From: Botryllus schlosseri
Taxonomy: Eukaryota
Assembly: GCA_051294905.1 (NCBI GenBank)
Contig: CM119371.1
Span: 36,210,001-36,274,000, forward strand
DNA length: 64,000 bases
Direction: 5' to 3'
Part shown: in pieces, positions 51,701 through 63,372 of the stretch
How the letters are laid out: every line of letters begins with the position of its first letter
How positions within the stretch are numbered: the first letter of the stretch is position 1
Made by a program: the position numbers and the translations under genes
The notes under the pieces: model-generated
The model's database searches: none
What the model saw: only the letters and a program-made list of their open reading frames with translations
What the model was told of the DNA's origin: nothing

Positions 51701-54700
51701 TTTGCAGGCATTCAGATTCAGAGGAATGTCTGGAGAAATAGCAAGAATACCCAGTTTGTGATTGTGGACAGAAATAAGCTGGTGAGCATTTTTCAACATT
51801 GTCCAATGTGTCAATCAGAGTCGGACGTGCAAGAGTCTGGTTTAGGTAGCTCACTGAGAATCAAGCAAGACTGCACAAACTGCTCATACTTCAGATTTTG
51901 ATTTACGGGTGGTGTGGATGCCGTTACATCCTTTAAAGATGAAATAGCCTACTTGACTGTATCAAAAAGAAACAAACTGCTCCATTCAGCATATATACAT
52001 GATACATATAGGCCTAAATTTAAGTTACAATGAATAGCATCTTTGATTCTGTTGTTTACCATTATGACAATCCATTTTCAGATTCATTGGCATATGAAAG
52101 GATTTGCGATGTTCTCTACTCCACGCGAATGAAAATGACATACCCCATCTATCGCCGAATGGAAGCACTGCTGGAAGTGAATCATTCAATGCCCTCCTCA
52201 ATCATTTCTGCCAAAGTTATATCACTACAACCATATTTCAGTCAAAAAGCCAGGTAGGTACCTTGTAGTGTCTCGGCTATTCAAAACAACCTATATCAGT
52301 TTTGGTATGATTACTAGCCTCATCAATTATGCATTTTTTGTAGGATGCAGTTGGCAATCCTGCATTTCAATGAAAATTGCTCGAAAACTCAGAAAATGCC
52401 GAAAGAAAGAGCACCGCGGTCAAATACCCGAAGTACAAAAATGGGAAATGTACGGTCCACAAGAAGATACTTGAAAATTCAACATTTGGTAACTGCATGC
52501 CGTCGATCTGACTGCATCATAAGATTTCGTCATATTGTTATGCCTGTTCTAGATTACTGCAATGAGCTTGTCGAAGAAGTTCAAGCACTCATCAGAACTG
52601 GACCAGAAACTGATGTTGAGTTGAGCGATTGTGCTGAGACCGTTCTACCTCCTCTGACCAGCAGCATAATCAAAATTAGCAGAGGGGAAGCTATTGCCCG
52701 ACCGACATAAAACTCGATATGCTTTTCTGCCTGACACAGTAGTTATTTTGGTCCATGAGATATATGCGTTTATTATTTGGAATACAACTGTACATTCATA
52801 ATGTGGCGTTACTGAAATGGAATCCTTTATAAGAATTTGATGTAAATTTTGTTCGGACAGCAGTAACAACGCATGCAGGCAGGATTTTCCGCTGCTTTTT
52901 GCCACAGAATCCCCATACCCAGCGAACACAATTTCTGGGTTGCCGGTGAACCCAGACCTTGGTGAACCCAGCCTTACAAACTCGGACCTCGGTGAACTCG
53001 GCCCTCGGGAAATTTTGTATTAAAGCTGGGAGCTGGGATATTAGGGTTGGCGGAGGTAGGATATTAGGGTTGGTGGAGGTGGGATAGGGTTGGTGGAGGT
53101 GGGATATTAGGGTTGCCGGAGGTGGGATATTAGGGTTGGGGGAGGGGGGATATTAGGGTTGCCGGAGGTGGGATATTATGGTTTGGGGAGGGGGATATTA
53201 GGGTTGCCGGAGGTGGGATATTAGGGTTGCCGGAGGTGGGATATTAGGCTTGCCGGAGGTGGGATATTAGGGTTGGGGGAGGGGGGATATTAGGGTTGCC
53301 GGAGGTGGGATATTAGGGTTGGGGGAGGGGGGATATTAGGGTTGCCGGAGGTGGGATATTATGGTTGGGGGAGGGGGATATTAGGGTTGCCGGAGGTGGG
53401 ATATTAGGGTTGCCGGAGGTGGGATATTAGGCTTGCCGGAGGTGGGATATTAGGGTTGGGGGAGGGGGGATATTAGGGTTGGTGGAGGTGGGATATTAGG
53501 GTTGGTGGAGGTGGGATATTAGGGTTGGCGGAGGTGGGATATTAGGGTTGGGGGAGGGGGATATTAGGGTTGCCGGAGGTGGGATATTAGGGTTGCCAGA
53601 GGTGGGATATTAGGGTTGCCGGAGGTGGGATATTAGGGTTGTCGGGGGTGGGATATTAGGGTTGGGGGAGGGGATATTAGGGTTGACGGTGAATACAAAA
53701 TTTCCCGAGGGCGGAATTCACCGAGGGCCGGGTTCACCGAGGTCCGAGTTCACCGAGGTCTGATCGATATGTAAACATTGCGTTCTTTCCCACGCCTGGC
53801 GCATGCACAATCCGTGATCACGTGATCTGATCACGCTGTGACTGCGTGATCTACGCATGCCCTGACCTCCTTACAAGATTGACAAATCACTTGATAATAC
53901 CATTATTAGTTTAATAATTTATAATAATACTTGTTAATACACTTAATTACAAAAGTTCCCGAGGGCCGAGTTTGTAAGGCTGGGTTCACCGAGGGCTGGG
54001 TTCACTGGTAATCCAATTTCTGTAGGCAGTATGTTTCAACTTCCTGAAAAGTGAAAACAAGTGTATTAATGCGAGAAAAGTATTTGACGACCGAATCAGA
54101 GACTCATCCTATTCATGCATTGAACTCGATGTTATTATTCTGCGGCCATATTCCTGTTGATAACCATAGTAGGACATCTGCAATACGTCAACGTCCAGAC
54201 ACACTAAATTACATCCTGGCAATTCTGTGGCATACTTTAATTCTGTCAGTAACTCTCGGAACCTCCTTACAGCAAAAACTTATCAAGATAGACTTGTAAG
54301 ATACACGACTGAAACGAGCTATTACACTACAGACTATATATACAACTGTATTTCATGTAGTCTCGATGAGTGGCTTGCGCTGAGCAAGCTAGGCTGATCA
54401 TGACCCATCATATGAAGCTGCAAGGGGTTCCACTGACGTGGGATCGAGCGCATCAACACCAGAACCAATCCGGCATTTAAACGGTAATTTTGTAAGTACG
54501 TGCAAAAATGATACTTACATTCGACATCCGAGTACTCGGACTCAGTCTCAATATCACTTGGCAAATACGTTACAATGGAAACCTCGGGTATAACTGACTA
54601 GAATAAAAACTGCGAGAACACAAACAGCCGCTGTGACCGGTGTTTATAATATGTGTCACTCACTTGACGTCACAATGCACATTCTGCTTTTTCTGTAAAC

Positions 54701-57700
54701 ATGCCAATATTGGAACTTTCAGTCAAAATTACGGCAATTTCCGATTGATTTGAAACACGGAAAGTCGGTAATTTCGTTATGAAAAAAAATTCTGAACATG
54801 ATTCCGCAAAGTTGTCATGAAGATGCAGTTGACCTTTAAAAAATCGAAATTCTAAATGGCGACTAGTTTTGTAACGAAAAATCTAAAAGCAGAGGACCGG
54901 GCTTGATTGGTATTTTTGAAATGATACAATTTAGTCTTGGAATTCGAAAGCTTCAAATCACTGTACAAATACATACAGCATCTACAATCGTAACGTTATA
55001 CCAAACATGCACATGCAGGCCTATATTTTGCGTTGACTGTATTTCCCGTGATATCGGTATTTTAATCTAGATCAAACAACCAATACAGTACCGGTATGCT
55101 TGGAGCCCATGTTGCACTTTCTCATCATTACCGGCTAAATTTGGAATGATTGAGTTACATGTTAGACGGCGGTATAAAAATATTCAAATAGTGTATATGT
55201 ATACAATATGATGCAAATAAACTCTGGGGTCTGTAATCATCAATTCTGCCACACAATAGTATGGAAATGTATATTTTGCATCTGTAATACTAATATTATA
55301 TACTTAACATACATATTGCACACTGCACATATGACCTGTACGTCACGTTGACTTTTTCTTTTCCGTGCTATGGGTCTTTTCAGATAGACCACACATCTAA
55401 CACAGCATGCGAAGTGTATGCAGTACACTTTCCAATCATTACCGGCTAAATTCAGATTAACACCGTTGCATACCAGAATCGCCCGAGCTCGACCACACGC
55501 AGAGTCGATTGTGATGTACACAATGGATAACATCTGTCGCATCACAATCGCTCCACCAGACAAATGACCAATCCATTTATTTTGTACTTGGCGGCGACGC
55601 GAAGTCGGATCAATTCCGACGGATTAATCCGTGAAATTGCCAAAAGAAAACAACTGTCAATATCAATATTGTTACATCACCGAGGTCCTTATCACGTGAT
55701 CGGCTTGGCGTCGCTGTGCGATGTCGTTAGTGATAAAGGAAAATCAGAGACGGGTGTTTATTTCATGGTGCGAGTGTCAATACCAGCGGCTCCGGCAAGC
55801 CTACGGAAAAGTGTAAACTGCTGTCTCCCGCGGAGACCCACCGCGAATCCACAAATATCATTTGCATTCGTCAAGCTAACGATAAAGGCTCGGTATTTAG
55901 TGGTAATTGAATTATGCATCCATACTGAAATTTACTCGAATATTTTCGGCTGCTCGACTATTCGATATTTTATACCGCATTTATTTCATTGCACTTTGTG
56001 AGAATGCAGTGGTTGAATCAAGACTTCACAGCGATGTCATTTCCGACCAATCGAGGTTTGCAGCCTTCCAAAGCGGAAAATAGCAGGGTTGTAACCAAGT
56101 CACAAGGTTCCGCGTTACAAGTCAATCTCACTTTTATAGTTTTGATTCGAGTCAAGTCGAGGCATATTTAATTCACCACCGAGTCAAGTCCGAGTCCACG
56201 TCAGTGAGCAGAGGGCCGAGTCCGAGTCATCGTGTTCTGACTCGAGTCCGAGTCCAAGTGACTGTGTTCACTGTTCAGTTTTGAGTTCAGTCCGCTTCAG
56301 CCCACATTTTTCAACTCTGCTCGAGTATAATATAGAATGACTCGTATTCACAATGTCGTAATTTTCCTCTGTCTTAACAGTTTCTGTCCCTATTTTCCAA
56401 GTATCAAGGATGATAGACGAAATATAAATAAGATGGTGATTTTACTTTTCTTCGAAGTTAAAATGAAATGTCTGTCTTGGCCATCCTAGTCTCGAGTCAT
56501 ATGACTTGGTTCGAGTCGTGCACAATGACACAAATTGACCCGAGTCGAGTCATTTTACGCATTTGAAAAAATGACTCAAGTCAAGTCGAGTCATTAAAAA
56601 ATCTTGACTCGAGTCATTACAACCCTAAAAATGGTATCGCACTATAATTCCAGTTGACAAATCAACCCTTAGTGGCAGGAAGCGCAAAATATCGATAGTC
56701 GAATGAAAATCATGTTTTACTATTCGCCTCGAATCATTAGAAATAATACTCGTCTGGTCCTACTCCTGAGCCTAAGTCATCTGCTTCCCTCGATTACTCG
56801 ATTTTCGTGCCAGTAACGTCATATTTGATGATGCGATTATTGATATAGAAAGCTCTTTCAAATTCTCTACAATTAGCTGGCGATTACCCCTGGCGAGTGT
56901 CAGCCGAAAATATTTGGGTATATTTCAAAATGAACCTATTATTCAATTGTATACAGAAGTTATGTACCTTCAAGTGTGTCTTAGTAGTTATTGGAATGAT
57001 AGTTAGGGCGGTTTACCGCAATTTGCCAACGCAGCGTCGATTATATCGGGAAGTACGGTACAGGGGGCAAAATGAAGTCAAGTATTGATATAATGGCGTG
57101 TGTGAAGATTCTGTCGAGATATTATGTAACAGATCGTACACTCGAAAGATAATATTGAACAGTATATTCGTATGTGAATTGAAAAGAACACTGTATATCA
57201 ATAATCGTATCACCGAAAGATAAAATTTCGCCGGTCGTGAATAGCATCTCAAAGTCAGGCGAAAGTAGGCTACTGTCTAGTAATGAATTTTATCAGTAAC
57301 CCAAGTATACTCAACATAATTCTACTAGTTGTACTGTATATATGCCCAGGCAGCGAACAGCGATAATGCTATCAAGATTTGTCGACTGTAATTGTGACTC
57401 CATGTACTGTATGAAAACGAATTAATGACGTCATGTTATTGTTTAAAATTTCTCGCCCCCCTAAATTGCCATACATTTCTCTCAAACCTTCATTCTGACT
57501 ATGCCTTATGTACCCAAGTTGTAAGCTCATTTCAATGATAGTAACTTTTTTAGCGTACAATACTTGTCAAATATCATTAAGTAGAATGTAACTTCGGTAA
57601 AATTTTATTGATGTCGGATTTTTGAATCATTCTTTACTCGTTTCGTATGGAAGTTTGGCGAGCTACTGTTTCAACGATAGAGCCTTATAGTACTTTGTCT

Positions 57701-60700
57701 TCAGACTAGTTAATCGTTTCAATCCCGTAATTCTGGCTGTGTATGTGTCCGACAAGCACATTGCTTTTATCCCATTGCAGAATAACTGTATTTCATATAT
57801 TTTTAATTTTTGACAGCGGGGTAAAGTTGAATGCAAATCCACGTGCCAGGAGCGGCCTGATTGCTATTCCCCAGTGAAGAGGAAAGGGCATTGCTGTCCT
57901 AAGTGTTTAGGTGAGTTTATGTACGTCCAGCTTCATTTTCGGATATCCATAATACGCATCTCACAACGAAGCCTATAACTCAAATGAAAGTTTTATGTTT
58001 ATTGTTTATATGATGATCTGGAATGATAATATGGAAACTACTTTACCAGACTGTAGATACGGCAAACAATATTTGAACATGACTCAAGACTGGTTGCCAG
58101 GCCGAAGGGAAAATCCGTGTGAGAGGTTGTTTTGCAAGGTAAGTCAGTTCATGCTTCCCGCGGCGGCGTATCGGGGGCCGGCGCGAATTGTGATTTGGAC
58201 TTTGATTTAATTCGGAAGGAGAGGCGGGCCAACTCTGGACTCTGGACTTTGGATTAGAAATATGTTCGACACGTATATTAGGAGTTGGATTCACAGTTTG
58301 AGACGGACATTAGATAATAATTATTACTAAACCAAGCATATCTCAAGCATGAGCTACAAATGAGATGGACTAAGATTTTGATTGGATTTTAATGTCTTGA
58401 GGTAATCTGGAGGAATTTGGTATAAAACCTAACTAAATATTCAGATCGAAAATTCCAAATAATCGTACTCCAAATTTGACAAAAATACTGCTCCGGAGTT
58501 GAATTTGTATCACATCACTTCTAATCCCGAATTCTGCAGTTAATAAAATCACGACTATAGACTATTGAAGATTGAGGACTTTTTCAAATCAAAAGGCAGT
58601 GACGGCATATTTTGTGATACAATTGTTGATAAATAATGTTCTTTCCAGTTTTATACTAGTTTAGGCAATCTCCTGAGATCAAGACATCTGTTCGCCTGAA
58701 TTACTCGAATTTGGTGGTACGATTGCTAATATACAAATTTATTTTTAATTCTATACTAATAGCCATTCACTATTTATTACCCCCTAACGAGTGTCTGCCG
58801 GATATATTCGGCTTTGTTTTAATATGAATATATTTGTCGATATCATATGTGAAATTAAGTTGAATAAATACCTCCAGGACGGGATTATCACGAAAGCCAG
58901 CCTTCAATGCTTCGTACCCTGCAAAGATCCTTTACCCACCACCGCCGATCAGTGCTGTCCATCTTGCGCAGGTGAGTTCTGTATATTTTGTTTCAGCTAA
59001 CGTTGTATCAGCATGGCTGTATCGTACGAATGTATACACATCCGAAATTGAATTATCCGAGGCTTGGAATTTAACGACTGGCGAGTTGATTTCCATCCTA
59101 CCAGACTCCATTACCTGTGTCGCTGTGTTCAATGCTTTACACCACATTCGGATTTAGTGTCAGAAGTCACGTAGACACATAAAAACGCGGTCGTAAAGTA
59201 TCTGTCAGATTATGTTTGCTAAGCACGGCAGCTTTTGATGTCGATTTACGTGTGTGCGTGTTGGGTAGCTGTCTTTTCGGGGCGGGCTTCACCCGGAGGT
59301 TACCAAAGCAGTTTGCATTAGTAATCAGGCATTAATAGAACTAACGTGAGTTCTCAGTCAATAACAAGTATCTGTAGAGATTTCAAGGCGTGTTTAGACT
59401 GCTTCAAGTGGAAGCAGGACCGAAACAGCACTTCGTCACCCCTCCCCCCCAAAAAAATTAACGTTGGTCTTGGCTCCCCATAGAGTGATAAACCAAACCA
59501 AACCCAGACCCTCATCAGTCTATTCGTTTTATGTCGCTACTTATCAGCGAGAGACGTTGTAAATGGTTAGTGAGACAGCCTGTGTCGACTGAACCGCGAC
59601 AAATCCCTGTAATTCATGAGTTAGTCGGTCAATATGATCGGGAATTGCATATATATTGATATCAACTTTTATTCCCTCTCTGTTCACGTGATCAGATTTA
59701 CCAGTAGTCCGTCGTGGCGCGGTAATGGCCGACGCCCAAGTGGTCAATCATATAAATCATGCGTTTTCTTCTTGGGGGAAGGACACCCAATCATCAAGAT
59801 ATTTGGAAATATGAAATCGCGTGAAACGCGAAAATAATTTGAAGAAGTAGCATACATTAAAAATTTTGGGACCCCTTCGAGCCCCCCACCCCAAATTGGG
59901 AGGTTTGGGGTTCGGCAGTTACACTGTCCTCAGAGAAAGTATAAAATGAAGGTATGAAAATTACTTGAGTGAGTAGTAAGAGTGTAGATTTGGCCGAGTT
60001 CGGGTCGTATACTTTTACCACTTAATCGGAGGTGATTACTTTATTACTACTTGAATTACAGCTAAAACAAACATGTTAAGTTATTGTGATACACAGGCCA
60101 TTTCGCGTTGTTCATGGAAATTTCACCGATGAAAGTAACGCAAAATTATTCCAACGCTAATTCTTACTTTTCGCAATTCATATTGTAAAAAGTCAGAAGT
60201 CAACTTTTCTGCAGGTTGCTTTTTCAACGGAACCACTTACAGAGAGGGGGACTTATTTCCTCTAGCCTACGACCATTGCACGAAATGCTCATGCCGGGTG
60301 AGATAATAGGGGCCGTCGAGAGATCGTTATCGATGACAAAGCCTATTTTTTATCAGAACGGCACCGTGTCCTGTTCCAGAATGCCTTGCCCGGTTCTGCC
60401 CTGCAAATCTGAGGACTATAATCTCACCGAGGACGGATGTTGCATGGAGTGTGTAGGTAGTGTAGCTATAGCTGATTCGGGAACTGGATAAGATGGTGAC
60501 TAGTCTTAAACAGCAGAGTATTGATTGAAAGAATTCTCGAATGGAAGTATAATGGGAATAGGTATAGGAATAAGGACGTAGGAATAAGAACTACAGTACC
60601 GGCAAACAAGTCTTTACATTCGGTCGGGAAAATTTCTAATCTAAATCTAAAACCTGCGCATAAGTTTACAGCTTACTGTTTCCGACTCAAGCATGACGTC

Positions 60701-63217
60701 ACCACAACGCTTAGACTGCAGGGGTCACCAACCTTTTGGCAACCGAGGGCTACTTTTGCCTACCGATTGAAGCGGCGGGCTACCATTTACTCCCGCCATT
60801 TACCCTCACCACACTGAATTTCCGCTTTGATATTCATAGCACTGGGCAGGAATCACATGGTAGTAAGACTTCTAATAGAGTCTTTTAAATCAATATATCT
60901 CATTTCGATTAGCTAGCCACTAGTATTTTTTTACGAAATCATGAATTAGCCAACTTTATGCCGCATTATACCGCAGTGTTGGGATCAAGTCACTACATTC
61001 GAGTCACGAGTCATTTCGAGTCATTGCACATTTTGACTCGAGTCAAGTCAGGTCAATCGATTTTAGAAGGTGACTCGAGTCAAGTCAAGTCACTCGATTT
61101 TTAAAGGTGGCTCGAGTCAAGTCAAGTCAAGTCAAGTCACGAGTCAAGTCACAATTCAAGTCAAGTTGCCTTTTCGATGTATGAGGCATGATTACGTCAT
61201 TGCATTTTGCTAGGTGTCTGAAATACAGATTGAATGGTCATTGATTCTGAACCGATAAACGAATACAGAATTAAATAAACATGCAAGAAGCCGCTGTATT
61301 GCTCACATATACGTAGAACTGTCAAAATTGAGAAACTAATTGCTAAGATGCAATACATTACCCATTGACATATTGATAGGATAAAATTCGAGCCTGCGCC
61401 AAATGTTTGAGCAGTATTTAACTATATTCGAATTAAATTCCAATAAAACAAGAGGTTTGGCTACAGTGAGAACAGAGAACAGAAATGGATATTTTGCTAT
61501 TAAATTATTTTACTATTCATTTACGACAACGTATAGCTGTAAGCTTCGATCACTTCGTTTGTGATCGATGTATTTATGAGAGAACAATGGAGGCTCAGCT
61601 AAACGCACGATCATTGAATGATTGGTCGCTCTCACGGGTTACATTAGCGTTTCGCGGACAATCCGAACATACAGCGACTTTTTATCGACACCGATTTCTT
61701 GATGACTTGAAATTGACTCGTGAATTTTGCTCCGAGTCACGAGTCAATCAACTTTTCTGAAGCGTCGAGTCAAGTCAAGTCAAGTCATTTTAGCAAAGTG
61801 ACTCGAGTCAAGTCAAGTCAGACGAAAAAGGTGACTCGAGTCTGACTCGAGTCAAGTCATGACTCGAGTCATCCCAACACTGTTACACCGTACATCAGCA
61901 ACGATTACAGACAGTTAGAAACATAGTATTAAAATGCGTTGAGTGTAAGAGAAACAAGCTTTGTCAAAAGATGCAATACGTAATGGGCATACAGATATTG
62001 AAAATCTGCTGGTACTTCACAGCTATTTGACTCCAAATAATAATAATGATTACTACCTTGGCATTGTCCTGGATGTCGAGCTATCATAATGGACCCCCCG
62101 CCATTTCAAGAAGACAATGTCATTCCGTCATGTCGCCTGTATAGGCAGTGTGCCGTATCTTCAATTTCTGGTGATTCTATCACATATAACTATATATTAC
62201 TATTGTAATTGAAGATATTTTTTAAGTGTTTATATATATATATGTATTGTCACTTGTAAGTTACATGTTAGTGTGTTTTACACAAGAATTGCGAGATCAA
62301 TCAATCTGTATATTTAAAAGCTCGCTGGTAATAATCTAACGAATAGTGGTGAATGCTATTTTTAGAACGGGCTCGCGGGCTTCTCGTCTGGTCCTCACGA
62401 GCTACCTGGGGCCCGCGGGCACCAGGTTGGTGACCCCTGGCTTAGAGTATAGGTTATAAGCTACTGTCTGGCTATACTTTACTTCAAGGCCTTTGTTCTG
62501 CGTGCCTTCTGCTGATTTATAGCTCCCTGTATAGTAAGGTATCTGAAATCGCACACTATTGTTCATATTCACAAATTTTCGACGGTTTTTAAAATCCTTT
62601 CAAAAACTGGAATGGTTCGAAAGAATATGCAAATGGGGGGACACCATCTTTCATGTTGTTCACAGTGTTATACCAGCATCTGTAAGTTGATTTTTCCGAA
62701 ATCTTCCATAGGGCATCGGCTACGAAACAAAGTCCTCCCGGGATACTGCACCCATGCAGGTCGCGTTTTGGCGCCAGGGGAACAGATAGTCTTGGACGAG
62801 TGCACAAAGTGTAGATGCCAGGTTTGATTACGTCAGAATATCTGACTATATCCATGTGTGCTATATTCATCACTATTTCGTACCTTGCAGCTCGGCACTC
62901 TGGTTTGTGACTTCCAAACCTGCCCAGTCTACATGCCATGCCCGGTCGCAGATTACGTACACCGCCCGAACGAGTGCTGTCCGCTGTGCAGGGCAGACGT
63001 GCCGAAAGATTGCTTCGACGAGAAGGACAGGAGACACAAGGTGACCATGTCGGATTATAACTGAGCGATTTTTGTCCGATTCGAAAATCTGATGTGATCG
63101 ATTCAGGAAGGGAGCTCGTGGACTAAGGGGCGTGACTCTTGCAAAAGTTGCTCGTGCGTAAACGAATCGATAACGTGTGACGTCATTAAATGCGGGAAAG
63201 CGCCGACTTGTGATAAG
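39777..63217 (+). CDS. bmper: BMPER/Crossveinless-2-like secreted BMP modulator, partial. Coding exons 39777-39882, 42201-42286, 57817-57910, 58050-58138, 58878-58971, 60215-60297, 60357-60456, 62712-62821, 62891-63040, 63107-63217; continues beyond the window
   Basis: All introns are GT-AG and exon phases are compatible (1023 nt, 341 codons, no stop). A signal-peptide-like N-terminus is followed by five vWC repeats. CENEGEIVRVDFLTDNSCFKCICK and DGIITKASLQCFVPCKDP match recalled BMPER vWC1/vWC2 sequence ([41 protein letters not shown]). Confidence 0.88.
43927..44102. mobile_element. Short palindromic MITE (CTGACACTCGTCAGGGGTAATCGTCAG arms); half-copies at ~12285-12330, 37720-37760, 56860-56925
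   Basis: ~50-bp imperfect inverted arms plus dispersed homologous fragments. Confidence 0.7.
45360..45936. mobile_element. hAT-type MITE with TGCAAC subterminal repeats
   Basis: Termini TAGGGCAAGTTT / AAACTTGCCCTA. TSD CTTATGAC / CTTGTGAT (2 mismatches). A partial related end lies at ~49345. Confidence 0.78.
47908..48100. mobile_element. 193-bp hAT-type MITE (TGCGCA repeats); second copy at 50897-51087
   Basis: Termini CAATGTTTCCT / AGGGAACATTG. Perfect TSD CCAGCGAC. The second copy aligns end to end. Confidence 0.9.
48131..48156. repeat. (ATC)n microsatellite
   Basis: About 8 perfect TCA units. Confidence 0.9.
49572..50018. mobile_element. GACTCGAGTC-repeat MITE (hAT-like)
   Basis: Homologous to 30679-31256. 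Flanks ATATATAT / ATATATAC. Confidence 0.75.
51449..52710 (+). pseudogene. Kolobok transposase relic (THAP N-terminus, Cys-rich region, C-terminus; catalytic core deleted)
   Basis: VACGCSN..VSFHRCP (THAP start), FVIVDRNKLVSIFQHCPMC..DCTNC, STAGSESFNALLNHF, MQLAILHFNEN, DYCNELVEEV..PPLTSS. Frameshifts and deletions present. Confidence 0.8.
52938..54013. mobile_element. Foldback/Mutator-like non-autonomous element with modular TIRs and an internal minisatellite
   Basis: CAATTTCTG is duplicated at 52929-52937 and 54014-54022 (9 bp; 7 bp if the outer G/C belong to the TIR). TIRs are built of GGTGAACCCAG/CTCGGTGAACTCGG modules. An extra internal inverted arm lies at 53690-53760. Confidence 0.85.
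53035..53686. repeat. ~23-bp G-rich minisatellite (GGGATATTAGGGTTGCCGGAGGT), roughly 28-29 units
   Basis: Directly visible tandem array. Most units contain one TTAGGG. Confidence 0.95.
56084..56627. mobile_element. GACTCGAGTC-repeat MITE, opposite orientation to the 30679 and 49572 copies
   Basis: Termini CAGGGTTGTAA / TTACAACCCTA. Reverse-complement similarity to the other copies. TSD unclear. Confidence 0.8.
60719..62439. mobile_element. hAT (Charlie-like) non-autonomous element in BMPER intron 7
   Basis: Perfect 16-bp TIR CAGGGGTCACCAACCT. Imperfect TSD: GCTTAGAC(TG) / GCTTAGAG. Confidence 0.85.
60974..61882. mobile_element. hAT-type MITE with GAGTCAAGTC arrays, nested in 60719-62439
   Basis: Termini CAGTGTTGGGAT / ATCCCAACACTG. 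TSD TTATACCG / TTACACCG. Confidence 0.88.
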
Positions 63218-63372
63218 GTAACGTAATATATAAAGGTGGTCAGAAAATGAAGCACTTTTATTGTTTCGGAATATTTAGTTAGGTTTTCCTGTCTTGTAAT
63301 ACTTCTAGTAAAGGGGTTATGTTTATTGATTACGTCAAATTTTACTTAACCGTATTTTAGGTAAGTCTATAT

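Larger units (their letters stand above)
52796..54564 (-). pseudogene. KolX-like accessory gene relic (similar to the P2X7 intracellular ballast / Nanor-like domain), split by a foldback insertion
   Basis: LPGCNLVCLDVDVLQMSYYGY at ~54160-54225. After removing the insertion the last exon reads KLKHTAYRNCVRWVWGFCGKKQRKILPACVVTAVRTKF..YKGF. The 5' end is uncertain. Confidence 0.78.
51168..54835 (+). mobile_element. Kolobok DNA transposon, internally deleted, in BMPER intron 2
   Basis: Perfect 16-bp TIR AGGTCAACTGCATCTT flanked by TTAA (51164-51167, 54836-54839). Subterminal TGACGTCA..GTGAGTGACAC is mirrored at both ends. Two convergent gene relics. Confidence 0.88.

Noticed and set aside
53035..53686. 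Telomere or interstitial telomeric array
   Set aside because: TTAGGG occurs once per 23-bp unit, never as (TTAGGG)n, and the array lies inside a TSD-flanked element within an intron.
55564..56001. 145-aa ORF in BMPER intron 2
   Set aside because: No recognisable domain or supporting gene structure. Its length is compatible with chance in a locally GC-richer block.
60974..61882. CRISPR-like or operator-like array of GACTCGAGTCAAGTC palindromes
   Set aside because: No constant repeat-spacer period, no cas genes and a eukaryotic context. The motifs are subterminal repeats of a TIR/TSD-bounded MITE.
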